Shown: positions 21,209-30,745, counted from the stretch's first letter. The stretch: DNA of 64,000 nucleotides from Candidatus Poriferihabitaceae bacterium (GCA_965237485.1 CBDEFQ010000006.1:13407-77406); one strand, 5' to 3'. The notes: generated from the letters alone by a model not told the origin. Numbers and translations: made by a program.

Positions 21209-21236
21209 GTACTTTAAAGGGGTCTGACCCCTTTTC
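21209..21236. repeat. 28-nt palindromic junction repeat, copy 2
   Basis: Identical to 21029-21056 and in the same orientation. Confidence 0.85.
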
Positions 21237-21439
21237 TAACTGCCGACACGGGGATTTTCAGGTTCTGCCACGGTTTTCACTTTATAATGAAATCAATCAC
21301 TTGCGACGCTTGCTAATCTTTAACACGCTCAATAACGGGGGTAAATTGGCACAATTTACGGTTGGTTTGGCACAGTAACATTAGATGCTAACTACTGATC
21401 AAGTGAACTCTTAGACTAATTTTACCAAACTAATTAGAG

Positions 21440-21578
21440 GAGACCGCAGCATAACGTCGCGAGCGAAGATAAGACAAGGCAAAAAGGGGCGAAAAAGCGC
21501 AGTTTATAACTATAAATGAGCATTTTGAGCCCCTTTTTAACGCCGTATTATCGAGCACAGTAGTTATGCTGCAGTCTC
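21440..21578. mobile_element. 139-bp MITE with the terminal IRs of the IS5-family element at 29543-30745
   Basis: Its ends are GAGACCGCAGCATAAC and, on the reverse complement, GAGACTGCAGCATAAC. The IS5 ends are GAGAGCGCAGCGTAAC and GAGAGTGCAGCATAAC. The interior folds into a long imperfect hairpin (AAAAAGGGGC...GCCCCTTTTT) and has no ORF. Confidence 0.6.
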
Positions 21579-22845
21579 TAGATCTCTCTTGAAGCTGCAC
21601 ACCACTTAGGAACTATGACCTAAAATTCAATCACACTAAAGTTCAGCAATTAACGCCGAAATTTCTGCTTTCCATTGAGGCGCATCTAAGTTTGCTTTCG
21701 CTCTACTTCTCAATAAAAACATTTTCAGCACATTCGGTAGTGACGCGAGATCATTTTCTCCCAGACGTAAAAAGGAAATAAAATCCGCTATGGCTAATGG
21801 AACGATGTTTAAATTTATTTTGCTGTCATTAGCAAAATACCAATCACCGTATTTGAAAGTGTGCGCGGTGTTACTATCTATAGTTACCGCTATAAATAGG
21901 CCGTAGACTTCCTTTCCCGAACTAGCGTGTATTTCTGCATGTTTGGCTACATGGCGGCGAACTGGCTCACCTTCGGTTGCTTCTTGCCTAGATGATAAAG
22001 TCAAAGTAACCTCAACGACTATCACCATATCTTCAAACTCAAATATCATGTCGGCATCTCCGCCAGAGGCTGTATTAGTCGGCAGAAAATCTTGATCTAT
22101 GTGGAATCTCCGTGCTTCCCATGGATTATTCGTTAAGGAATTCATTGCTAGGAATGATCGCCACACCGCCCATTCTAAGTAAGCGGGAGCTTCGCCTTGA
22201 GGCACATTTAATCTTTGCCCATCAGGTGTTGTTGCTCTGCGTGCTCGTGTAGTTAGCACTTCTAACCATGTTGTTATTTCAGGTACTTGATTGGCTTGCT
22301 GCCTTGCATACTCTAGTTCTTCCAATTTAATAAGTTGATCTTCCAGCTCATGACGTCTCTGGGCAATTTCGATCTCTCCAAGGTTGTTAGGAGCTGTTTG
22401 AACATTGCCGCCCATCGTCTGAATCCTCGCGGTTAGATCTTGGATTACTTCTATAGCAGCACTGCGATTATCAGTAGGTAATCTAGCTCCTTGCCATAGT
22501 TGTTCGAAATAGCCATTAGGCTCTAATGGCCTCCACTCTTCTCCAGCCAAAATCTCAACCAATCTTTGGCGTACCGGGGCGATAGCAATCCCACGCCCTT
22601 TAGCTCGAAACAATCCTGTCGCCTTTAAATATCGAATTGTTAGGTCAGCATAGTCTTTGAGTGTCCCAGCCTTTGTGTTTACATTTTTTGCTTCAGGATA
22701 TAGTTCTGCAATCAACCTATTCGTAAGATTTCGCTTAAACCGCCTGATGTTTCCTATATTGTTCGCTCTGTTTTTTCGATAGTCCACTATCTGGCCAACA
22801 ACCTGGTCTACACCTTGTTCTATTGTTTGTGTTTGTACAAAAAGC

Positions 22846-24119
22846 CACTGCTGTCCCGTTAACACTAAAGAAACAGGCCTGATTTTCTCTCAATTTGATA
22901 AAATACGTTTAGCGATAAACCGTTGAATCAAATAGGAAAATCAGACCATGTCACATTGTAATACCGTTCTAAATCAAATACTCAAAATTGTTCCGAGACA
23001 TGAATTCGAGGCACTCGCAATTCAACATCATTCGGGGCGTTCATTCCGCAGAGCGTCTCGTTGGTCACAGTTCGTGAGCCTGACTATAGCTCAATTGACT
23101 GGCCGTCATAGCTTGCGTGATATTGTTGATAATGTCAGTGCTCAATCACACCGCTTGTATCATCTTGGTAGTGCAGTGTTAACGCGGTCCAATCTTTCAC
23201 GCATCAATGAGAACAAGCCTTCGAGCCTTTATGAAGCGCTATTCTCTCAATTACTCAAGTGCTGTCAGAGCAAAACGCCAGGGCATAACTTTCGTTTCAA
23301 GAATCCCCTGTATTCGCTGGACTCATCTACCATTGATCTGTGCTTATCGGTTTTCCCATGGGCAGACTTTCGATCAACTAAAGGGGCAATCAAACTGCAT
23401 GTAGGCCTGAATCATGATGGTTACTTACCTGAGTTTGTTAATATCACCGAGGGTAAATGTGCTGATGTCACTGCGGGCAGGAAAGTAGCTTTCCCGAAAG
23501 GCAGCATTGTAGTTATTGACCGTGGATACAACGACTATGCCTGGTATAAGCAATTGAATGACAAGGGAATATACTTTGTCACACGATTAAAGAAGAATGC
23601 TGCATACCGCCTTATCAAGCGACATAGTGTACGCAAGGGAACGGGACTTAGCAGTGATCAAACGATTGAATTCACGGGGGTCAAAGCAGCAAAGGAGTGT
23701 TCGATTCGATTACGCCGTATTGGTTATCGCGATGCCACTACAGGCAAGCATTATGTGTTTTTAACCAACCCCTTTAAGCTCAGTGCTCAAACTATCGCCG
23801 ATATTTATAAAGCCAGATGGCAGGTGGAATTATTCTTCAAGTGGATCAAGCAGAACTTAAAGGTGAAGTCATTTATCGGCACCAGCAAGAACGCAGTATT
23901 GACCCAAATATGGATTGCGTTATGTATTTACCTAATACTGATGTTCATCAAATTGCAGTCGAAGGCGGGCAAAACGATGCAACAAATATTGAGGGTATTG
24001 CAGCTTAATTTGTTTGAAAAACGTGATTTAATGGCACTGTTGCGAGGGGACCCGATGCATCACCCAAACCTTAACCCTAATCAATTTTCGTTGCTGTGAA
24101 AGTTAACGGGACAGCAGTG
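22846..24119 (+). mobile_element. IS4-family element, copy 1 (1274 bp)
   Basis: Perfect 18-bp IRs, CACTGCTGTCCCGTTAAC and GTTAACGGGACAGCAGTG. The 9-bp TSD ACAAAAAGC lies at 22837-22845 and 24120-24128. Confidence 0.92.
22948..24099 (+). CDS. IS4-family DDE transposase
   Basis: 383 aa, intact, with an N-terminal DUF4372-like region followed by a DDE domain (VIDRGYNDY...YKARWQVELFFKWIKQ). Confidence 0.9.
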   Translation: MSHCNTVLNQILKIVPRHEFEALAIQHHSGRSFRRASRWSQFVSLTIAQLTGRHSLRDIVDNVSAQSHRLYHLGSAVLTRSNLSRINENKPSSLYEALFSQLLKCCQSKTPGHNFRFKNPLYSLDSSTIDLCLSVFPWADFRSTKGAIKLHVGLNHDGYLPEFVNITEGKCADVTAGRKVAFPKGSIVVIDRGYNDYAWYKQLNDKGIYFVTRLKKNAAYRLIKRHSVRKGTGLSSDQTIEFTGVKAAKECSIRLRRIGYRDATTGKHYVFLTNPFKLSAQTIADIYKARWQVELFFKWIKQNLKVKSFIGTSKNAVLTQIWIALCIYLILMFIKLQSKAGKTMQQILRVLQLNLFEKRDLMALLRGDPMHHPNLNPNQFSLL

Positions 24120-24640
24120 ACAAAAAGCTGGAACTCCGTGAATGAAAGAAAAGGCTCCACACCTCCTTCTGCGAGTGTTGTGATAATTTGGACGACAAAC
24201 CTAAGCGGTGAAAAACACTCAAAGTTATATCTGTTTTCTAGTGCGCTAGGTATTTGATAAGTTACCAAAGAGCGTAAAAAGCACTCTTGTTGAGAGGCCG
24301 TTATTTCTGCCTCTATTAATCGTGCTCCATTCGGAGTAATGATATATGGTGGATAGTTTGTGCCGAAAGTTCTATCTGGAGTAATAAACCCTAGTTGTTC
24401 CAGAGCAGACCGCCACTTCCTGCCAAGATCACCATACCCCTCTGTTTCTCCATTAGCAATTCTTTCGACAAAAACTACTCCGTGATCATGGAGTAGTTTA
24501 GAAAAACGCAATTCGCTTTCGACGCCCCCAAAGTTTCGCCTACCTAGATTTCCAATTAAGTTGGAGTTGGCCAGAGCCTCTAGTGCAAACTTCAATCTAT
24601 AGGGGGTTCTTACTGTTGTGTTTCCTATATGCCAAGCCAT

Positions 24641-26539
24641 TTAGTATCCAATAAATAGGTACTCCTTAACGGAGTTATTGTTGTCCTTAGTTTTATGCCT
24701 TTGATTGCCAAAACTATATTTGTAATCCACATCTACGACATCCACATGAGCCTTATATTTGGACAGTAGATCAATAATCTGCTCCCTTGTCGGCAGTGAG
24801 TTTGATGAATATGAAACCAACAAGATACTATCCTGAAATTTACGAAAGAGTTTGTCAAAAGCATCTTCAGCTCCAATACGGGAGCTAAAAGGGGTGGGGT
24901 AACTTTTAAATTTTTTGGTTTGTGTGTGCCATTGCATTTCAACATTTTTCCAGTCACATGCTAAACCCTCCACAAAATGATATCGGCGAACATATTCATT
25001 ATCTGAGTGAGGACTGTAATACGGAGGATCCATATAGACCATATCTGGTTTTGTCCGAATGGACATGGCATCACCGCGCCGAGACTTATGTTTTCTTTGA
25101 TTATCGAAAACCGCTCCGTTTATTAGCTCAATCGCTTCTTTGATATGTTCTTCCAAGGACTTTTTAAGGTCTGCTCGCCCGTCATCGTAACGAAAACCAG
25201 TATATGTGAAAATTCCACGAGGGCGTTTTTTTATGCAAGCACGAATTAGCGCAGACATTGCAATTGCTCTTTTATATCGGTTCCTTAACCGTTTTATGTT
25301 TGCTCGCACGATGTCTATTAATTGATTCTCTTTATCATTGAAGTAGATCCCTGAAAACGTATCTGTAACAAAAAAATCTACTTTATCGCCCTGAATAAAT
25401 AGACGAGACACCTCACTTTCTGACAACGTTTGATCATCATTTTCAATCAGGGCTGTTGTTTGAATTGAGCTCATTGCCATATAGTCATTGGTAAAGACTC
25501 TTTTTCCCATTGACTTAAAAAGATAAGAAACGACTCCCGAGCCAGAGAAAAGATCTAAAATTGAATCAAAGTCGAAATGTTTAGAAATGTCTTGAATATA
25601 AGGCAAAAGCTTTGTTTTTGACCCCATATAGCGAGTCGAGGGGTATAGCACTACTTGAGAATTCAACGAGTCTGGTACGGGACGGATATCAAAGTGCTTT
25701 TTTGGGGAAGCGTAAACAATCACGTCCTGCCCAGTTCGACCGTTTGCCTTGCTGTTGATGTGCCGTCTTGTATTTATAACTTTTATTTTGAACTTATTGT
25801 ACTGCTCGTGCACTAGGGGGTGGTTTGAATTAGTCAAAATAACTGTACATCCAAGCTCATGAAGTCTTTTAACTTCCTCGGCAAGCTCCCTGTGATCCTC
25901 TTCATAAAACTGTTCTTTTGTATACCGTTTAAAATCTGCGTATTTCGATATAGGAAGATATGGTGGATCAAGAAATACTAAGTCCCCCTCTCTTGCATGC
26001 TTTTTAAGAACAGTCTTATAGTCACCATGTGTGAAGATTTTTCCTTTTAGGGATTGCGATGCGAGTCGCAGATCTTCTGGCTTGCAAATGGTAGGTTTTT
26101 TATAATTCCCGAAAGGTACATTAAAGCCTCCCTGTCGGTTCACACGATAAAGGCCATTGAAACACGTTTTATTTAGGTAAAGTGTTCTGGCCGCTTGTTC
26201 CACAGGGCTTAGTCTTGATAAATCTTTTGCTCGAAGACTGTAAAAAAATTCTTTATCGTTCGGATATTCAGAAATCTCATTGATCAACTCTTCAACATCC
26301 TCTGCAACAACGGTATAAAAATTAACGAGATCAGAGTTTAGGTCTGCTAAAACAGCTTGTTCAGGCAAGAGCGAAAAGAAAAAAGCCCCTCCACCAAAAA
26401 AGGGCTCTATATACTTGCTATATGACTTGGGAACTAAATTGTGCAAATCACAAAGTAACTGGGTCTTACCTCCAGCCCACTTCAATATAAGCTTTGTTGA
26501 GGCAACGCTCCTTAATTTTTTTTGTTGAGCTATTTTCAA
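24641..26539 (-). CDS. Fused two-domain N6-adenine (Dam-like, alpha-class) DNA methyltransferase of the type IIS system
   Basis: 632 aa. Domain 1 has LKWAGGKTQLL, FFGGGAFFF and FLDPPY. Domain 2 has YMGSKTKLLPYI, DLFSGSGVVS and YMDPPYY. The start codon is TTG at 26539-26537. Confidence 0.88.
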   Translation of the reverse strand: MKIAQQKKLRSVASTKLILKWAGGKTQLLCDLHNLVPKSYSKYIEPFFGGGAFFFSLLPEQAVLADLNSDLVNFYTVVAEDVEELINEISEYPNDKEFFYSLRAKDLSRLSPVEQAARTLYLNKTCFNGLYRVNRQGGFNVPFGNYKKPTICKPEDLRLASQSLKGKIFTHGDYKTVLKKHAREGDLVFLDPPYLPISKYADFKRYTKEQFYEEDHRELAEEVKRLHELGCTVILTNSNHPLVHEQYNKFKIKVINTRRHINSKANGRTGQDVIVYASPKKHFDIRPVPDSLNSQVVLYPSTRYMGSKTKLLPYIQDISKHFDFDSILDLFSGSGVVSYLFKSMGKRVFTNDYMAMSSIQTTALIENDDQTLSESEVSRLFIQGDKVDFFVTDTFSGIYFNDKENQLIDIVRANIKRLRNRYKRAIAMSALIRACIKKRPRGIFTYTGFRYDDGRADLKKSLEEHIKEAIELINGAVFDNQRKHKSRRGDAMSIRTKPDMVYMDPPYYSPHSDNEYVRRYHFVEGLACDWKNVEMQWHTQTKKFKSYPTPFSSRIGAEDAFDKLFRKFQDSILLVSYSSNSLPTREQIIDLLSKYKAHVDVVDVDYKYSFGNQRHKTKDNNNSVKEYLFIGY

Positions 26540-26873
26540 TGTTATTTCACTGCTGTCCCGTTAACACTAAAGAAACAGGCTTGATTTTCTCTCAATTTGA
26601 TAAAATACGTTTAGCGATAAACCGTTGAATCAAATAGGAAAATCAGACCATGTCACATTGTAATACCGTTCTAAATCAAATACTCAAAATTGTTCCGAGA
26701 CATGAATTCGAGGCACTCGCAATTCAACATCATTCGGGGCGTTCATTCCGCAGAGCGTCTCGTTGGTCACAGTTCGTGAGCCTGACTATAGCTCAATTGA
26801 CTGGCCGTCATAGCTTGCGTGATATTGTTGATAATGTCAGCGCCGGCAATTTTCAGGGTAGTTGCACATTTTC

Positions 26874-27941
26874 CTACGCAGCCAATAATACTTCTTTTTG
26901 TGGGTTCAGCGCAACCGCACCACAAGGCCGCCAATTTCGGGTTTGGCCAGACCACCGATTAGGTTTTGCTGCTTTAGCTTCCTGATAAACAACTTCTCGT
27001 TTTGCTAATAGGGCACTATCTTCACCGCGATAACGCTGGCCAGGTGTAACGTAGCGTATAGCACTGTGACGATGTTCTTCGTTATACCATTGCATAAACT
27101 TACCCACCCATTGGCGGGCGGCCTCTAAGCTATCGAAGCCTTGAGAAGGCCACGCAGGGCAATACTTTACCGTTCTAAACATGGATTCAATATAAGCGTT
27201 GTCATTGCTTACTCTTGGCCTTGAGTAAGAGGGCTTTATTCCTAATGCTTCTAACTTCGCTCTCATTGTGAACGATTTCATTGGGCTGCCATTATCACTG
27301 TGTAAGACGGGCATGCCATCGCAGCTAGCCACTTTTAGAGCCGCCTGAGACATCAACTGCGCACCTAATTCACCGCTTTCAACAGGATGTACTTCCCAGT
27401 GAACGCCATAGCGACTGTAAAGGTCTTCTACCATGTACAGGTAATAATGCTTGCCAATAGTACGCGTCGCCAAATAGGTGATATCCCACATCCACACAGC
27501 ATTAGGTTTTAGTGCTATATGAGTATCGGGTGTTCGGGACTGCTTTTGTTTGGCGCGGCCGCGGTGCTTCAATTGCCCATGCGCCTTGAGAACTCGATAA
27601 AAGCTAGACTCGCTGGCCACATAAATACCTTTGTCAGCCAACTGCGGTACTATTTGCGACGGCGGCAAATGATTGTATGCCGATTCATTACATATCGATA
27701 AAATGTGTTGCTGCTCTTGCTCGCTTAGTTTATTGCCAGGTACTGGCTTTTCTACCAAAGGACGTTGATCACTGCGGATACTATCTTCTCCTTTTGGCTT
27801 CCAACGTCTAAGCGTAGACTCGGCAAGGCCAACCAACTCACAAGCACTTGAACGCTTTGAACCTGCGTCTACTGCTTCATTAACATCATTGATTACTTTA
27901 ATGCGCGTCTGAGTCGTAATCATACTTCCTCGTCCTCCCAA
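26874..27941 (-). CDS. IS3-family transposase OrfB (DDE integrase core), expressed as an OrfAB fusion
   Basis: Carries the rve domain (WMWDITYL...HSDNGSPM...NDNAYIESMFRTVK...YNEEHRHSAI). It lies in the -1 frame relative to orfA. Confidence 0.85.
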   Translation of the reverse strand: MGGRGSMITTQTRIKVINDVNEAVDAGSKRSSACELVGLAESTLRRWKPKGEDSIRSDQRPLVEKPVPGNKLSEQEQQHILSICNESAYNHLPPSQIVPQLADKGIYVASESSFYRVLKAHGQLKHRGRAKQKQSRTPDTHIALKPNAVWMWDITYLATRTIGKHYYLYMVEDLYSRYGVHWEVHPVESGELGAQLMSQAALKVASCDGMPVLHSDNGSPMKSFTMRAKLEALGIKPSYSRPRVSNDNAYIESMFRTVKYCPAWPSQGFDSLEAARQWVGKFMQWYNEEHRHSAIRYVTPGQRYRGEDSALLAKREVVYQEAKAAKPNRWSGQTRNWRPCGAVALNPQKEVLLAA

Positions 27942-28411
27942 AGCGCCTGAAACTTTTTTTGTAATACTAATAATGCGGCCGTTTCAGCCAAGGCTTTATC
28001 TTTGCGGCGCAGCTGGGTTTCTAGCTTCTTCTTGTCTTTTTTTAACGCACGTATTTCATCGCGCGCAACTTTAGGGCTAATGAGAGCCTCATCAACACCA
28101 TTAATACAAGCTTCTCGCCATTGCGTTATTTGAGTAGGGTATAGGCCTTTCTCTCGGCAATACGCAGATAATTCTTGTTCATTCATCGCAGCAGTTTCAA
28201 GAACTACGGTGAACTTAGTTTGGCAATCCCACTGATTAGATGAATCACTATTAGGCATTAAAACTCCTGATCGTCTGGCTTTATTTCGCCAATCATACAA
28301 GGTTTGAACACTGATTCCTTCTTCTCTAGATATTTCTGCGAAGGACTGACTATTTGATGATAATAATTTAGATAAAACAGCTTCTCTTCGTTCTACGCTA
28401 TATTTCGGCAT
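27920..28411 (-). CDS. IS3-family transposase OrfA (HTH)
   Basis: 163 aa with an HTH and a leucine-zipper-like region. It ends in ...LVLQKKFQALWEDEEV and overlaps orfB. Confidence 0.85.
   Translation of the reverse strand: MPKYSVERREAVLSKLLSSNSQSFAEISREEGISVQTLYDWRNKARRSGVLMPNSDSSNQWDCQTKFTVVLETAAMNEQELSAYCREKGLYPTQITQWREACINGVDEALISPKVARDEIRALKKDKKKLETQLRRKDKALAETAALLVLQKKFQALWEDEEV
27953..27959 (-). promoter_or_regulatory. A-AAA-AAG slippery heptamer for -1 programmed frameshifting (IS3 type B)
   Basis: The orfA frame reads CAA AAA AAG TTT. The -1 frame stays open from here into orfB (KKVSGALGGRGSMITTQ...). Confidence 0.6.
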
Positions 28412-29542
28412 GAGTATTTCTCCGCCGCCCCTTGTGAATTAAAATGTGTGCAACTACCCTGACGTCTGGGGGCGCTCAATCACACCGCTTGTATCATCTT
28501 GGTAGTGCCGTGTTAACGCGGTCCAATCTTTCACGCATCAATGAGAACAAGCCTTCGAGCCTTTATGAAGCGCTATTCTCTCAATTACTCAAGCGCTGTC
28601 AGAGCAAAACGCCAGGGCATAACTTTCGTTTCAAGAATCCCCTGTATTCGCTGGACTCATCTACCATTGATCTGTGCTTATCGGTTTTCCCATGGGCAGA
28701 CTTTCGATCAACTAAAGGGGCAATCAAACTGCATGTAGGCCTGAATCATGATGGTTACTTACCTGAGTTTGTTAATATCACCGAGGGTAAATGTGCTGAT
28801 GTTACTGCAGGCAGGAAAGTAGCTTTCCCGAAAGGCAGCATTGTAGTTATTGACCGTGGATACAACGACTATGCTTGGTATAAGCAATTGAATGACAAGG
28901 GAATATACTTTGTCACACGATTAAAGAAGAATGCTGCATACCGCCTTATCAAGCGACATAGTGTACGCAAGGGAACGGGACTTAGCAGTGATCAAACGAT
29001 TGAATTCACGGGGGTCAAAGCAGCAAAGGAGTGTTCGATTCGATTACGCCGTATTGGTTATCGCGATGCCACTACAGGCAAGCATTATGTGTTTTTAACC
29101 AACCACTTTAAGCTCAGTGCTCAAACTATCGCCGATATTTATAAAGCCAGATGGCAGGTGGAATTATTCTTCAAGTGGATCAAGCAGAACTTAAAGGTGA
29201 AGTCATTTATCGGCACCAGCAAGAACGCAGTATTGACCCAAATATGGATTGCGTTATGTATTTACCTAATACTGATGTTCATCAAATTGCAGTCGAAGGC
29301 GGGCAAAACGATGCAACAAATATTGAGGGTATTGCAGCTTAATTTGTTTGAAAAACGTGATTTAATGGCACTGTTGCGAGGGGACCCGATGCATCACCCA
29401 AACCTTAACCCTAATCAATTTTCGTTGCTGTGAAAGTTAACGGGACAGCAGTGATGTTATTTTGAATCGCTTTTGTATAATTAACGATAAACCATTCACT
29501 CTAACCTAACAACCAGCTATTGGATATTTATATAAATAATTT

Positions 29543-30745
29543 GAGAGCGCAGCGTAACTCACGATTTTAGTTTGATATTTTCGAAGCACTCATTTTTTGA
29601 GCTATATTTGCCCAGTTTCGCGTATTCGATCATCATTTAGTCACTATTTTATCAATTCGAGCACCTAAGCCATATTAAAGGCACAACTATCCAGCATAGT
29701 GCCAATCAGGCAAGCCATACAAGCTTAAGAACTTAGCGCCTTTACGGATATTCGCTGCCATCGCCGCTAGGCCGTAAACAGTCTGGTTCTTCGCTAGCCC
29801 CATGAACCGAGTGCGAGCTAAACCATAATGCTGCTTGTAAGTCGCAAAGAGCCGTTCGCCACCTGCTCGCGTTACCGCAATAACTGCATTACGGGTACGG
29901 TCTGCATCTGACAACGGATTACCTCGATAGCCCTTGCGTTGAACCTGATCATCAATTCCAAGTTGCTCCAGTTTATCTCGCGTCTCCTCAGAACTATACG
30001 CCGCATCAGCATATAGGGCAGTCTCATCGCCCAACAGCAATTCATCGCGCAGTTGGCTGTCATGAACATGCCCTGGCGTCACATTCTGGTGCTGAACAAA
30101 CCCATCCTCATCAACTCCCGTATGCACTGAGTAGCCATAGGTAGACTTCTTTCGACCTCGGCTGTCATTTTTGACATGCCAGCTCGCTTCAGGGTCTCGC
30201 TTAGGCGTCCCATCTTTGCCGTTACCATTTCCAGAACGAGCCGCTTCTATAGGTGTTGCATCTATAATGTTGATGCGCCCCCTGCTCATAATAATGTTCT
30301 TCGCTTCAAGTTGACGATTGATCTCACCTAGCAAGCGATCCCACAGTTCGTGCTCCATTAACTGGTTACGAAAGCGCCCAAGGGTCGAAGCTTCAGGTAC
30401 ATCGCCGCCTAACTCAAAGCGGCAAAACTTACGAAACAATAAATCTCTAAATAAGCACTGTGCTAACTCCCTATCCGACAGTTCATACCAAATTCCCAGC
30501 ATCAAGCTGCGGAACAAACTAAGTAATGGATAACTAGGGCGGCCAGTAGTGCCAGCATAAATAGATGAAAGCAGTGTCTCTATTTCGCTCCAATCTAATA
30601 GCACTTCTGTATCATCAAGACTATGCAGAATTGGATGATCCAAATCTGATCTTGATACTAATAAATCTCGTTGGGTGGCGAATGGTTTTTGCATGCCTAA
30701 TTTTAACAAATTATGTAGATACTCGATGAGTTATGCTGCACTCTC
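29543..30745 (-). mobile_element. IS5-family element (about 1.2 kb)
   Basis: Terminal IRs are GAGAGCGCAGCGTAAC (29543) and GTTATGCTGCACTCTC (ending at 30745). I could not resolve a TSD. Confidence 0.7.
29687..30709 (-). CDS. IS5-family DDE transposase
   Basis: 340 aa with an InsH-like N-terminal domain (RPSYPLLSLFRSLMLGIWYELSDRELA) and a DDE domain (IDATPIEA...YADAAYSS). Confidence 0.9.
   Translation of the reverse strand: MLKLGMQKPFATQRDLLVSRSDLDHPILHSLDDTEVLLDWSEIETLLSSIYAGTTGRPSYPLLSLFRSLMLGIWYELSDRELAQCLFRDLLFRKFCRFELGGDVPEASTLGRFRNQLMEHELWDRLLGEINRQLEAKNIIMSRGRINIIDATPIEAARSGNGNGKDGTPKRDPEASWHVKNDSRGRKKSTYGYSVHTGVDEDGFVQHQNVTPGHVHDSQLRDELLLGDETALYADAAYSSEETRDKLEQLGIDDQVQRKGYRGNPLSDADRTRNAVIAVTRAGGERLFATYKQHYGLARTRFMGLAKNQTVYGLAAMAANIRKGAKFLSLYGLPDWHYAG

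Larger units (their letters stand above)
21636..24640 (-). pseudogene. Type IIS restriction/nicking endonuclease of the AlwI/BstNBI family, interrupted by an IS4-family element
   Basis: The N-terminal part is 24640-24120 (MAWHIGNTTVRTPYR...) and the C-terminal part is 22845-21636. Motifs TIRYLKATGLFRAKG and GGDADMIFEFEDMVIVVEVTLT...EGEPVRRH parallel Nt.BstNBI as I remember it. Removing the IS and one TSD copy restores ...EFQLFVQTQTIEQ... Confidence 0.85.
26844..28472 (-). mobile_element. IS3-family element (type B) nested in IS4 copy 2
   Basis: Boundaries come from comparison with uninterrupted IS4 copy 1. Subterminal IRs are TCAGGGTAGTTGCACA and TGTGCAACTACCCTGA. The probable 3-bp TSD is CGC (26841-43 and 28473-75). 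The outermost about 10 nt of the ends are not symmetrical, so the limits are approximate. Confidence 0.7.
26650..29433 (+). pseudogene. IS4-family transposase disrupted by an IS3-family insertion
   Basis: 26650-26840 is identical to the copy-1 N-terminus up to ...DNVSA. Homology resumes at about 28473 (QSHRLYHLGSAVL...). Confidence 0.88.
26548..29453 (+). mobile_element. IS4-family element, copy 2, carrying a nested IS3-family element
   Basis: It has the same IRs as copy 1. The 9-bp TSD ATGTTATTT lies at 26539-26547 and 29454-29462. Confidence 0.9.

Noticed and set aside
21437-21590. The long imperfect hairpin ending in ...GCATAAC / GTTATGC... looked like an integron attC site (R'' RYYYAAC / R' GTTRRRY) downstream of a cassette-like restriction gene.
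   Set aside because: The terminal 16 nt match the inverted repeats of the IS5-family element at 29543-30745, so a MITE explains it better. The core sites also deviate from the attC consensus, and no intI or further attC sites are visible.
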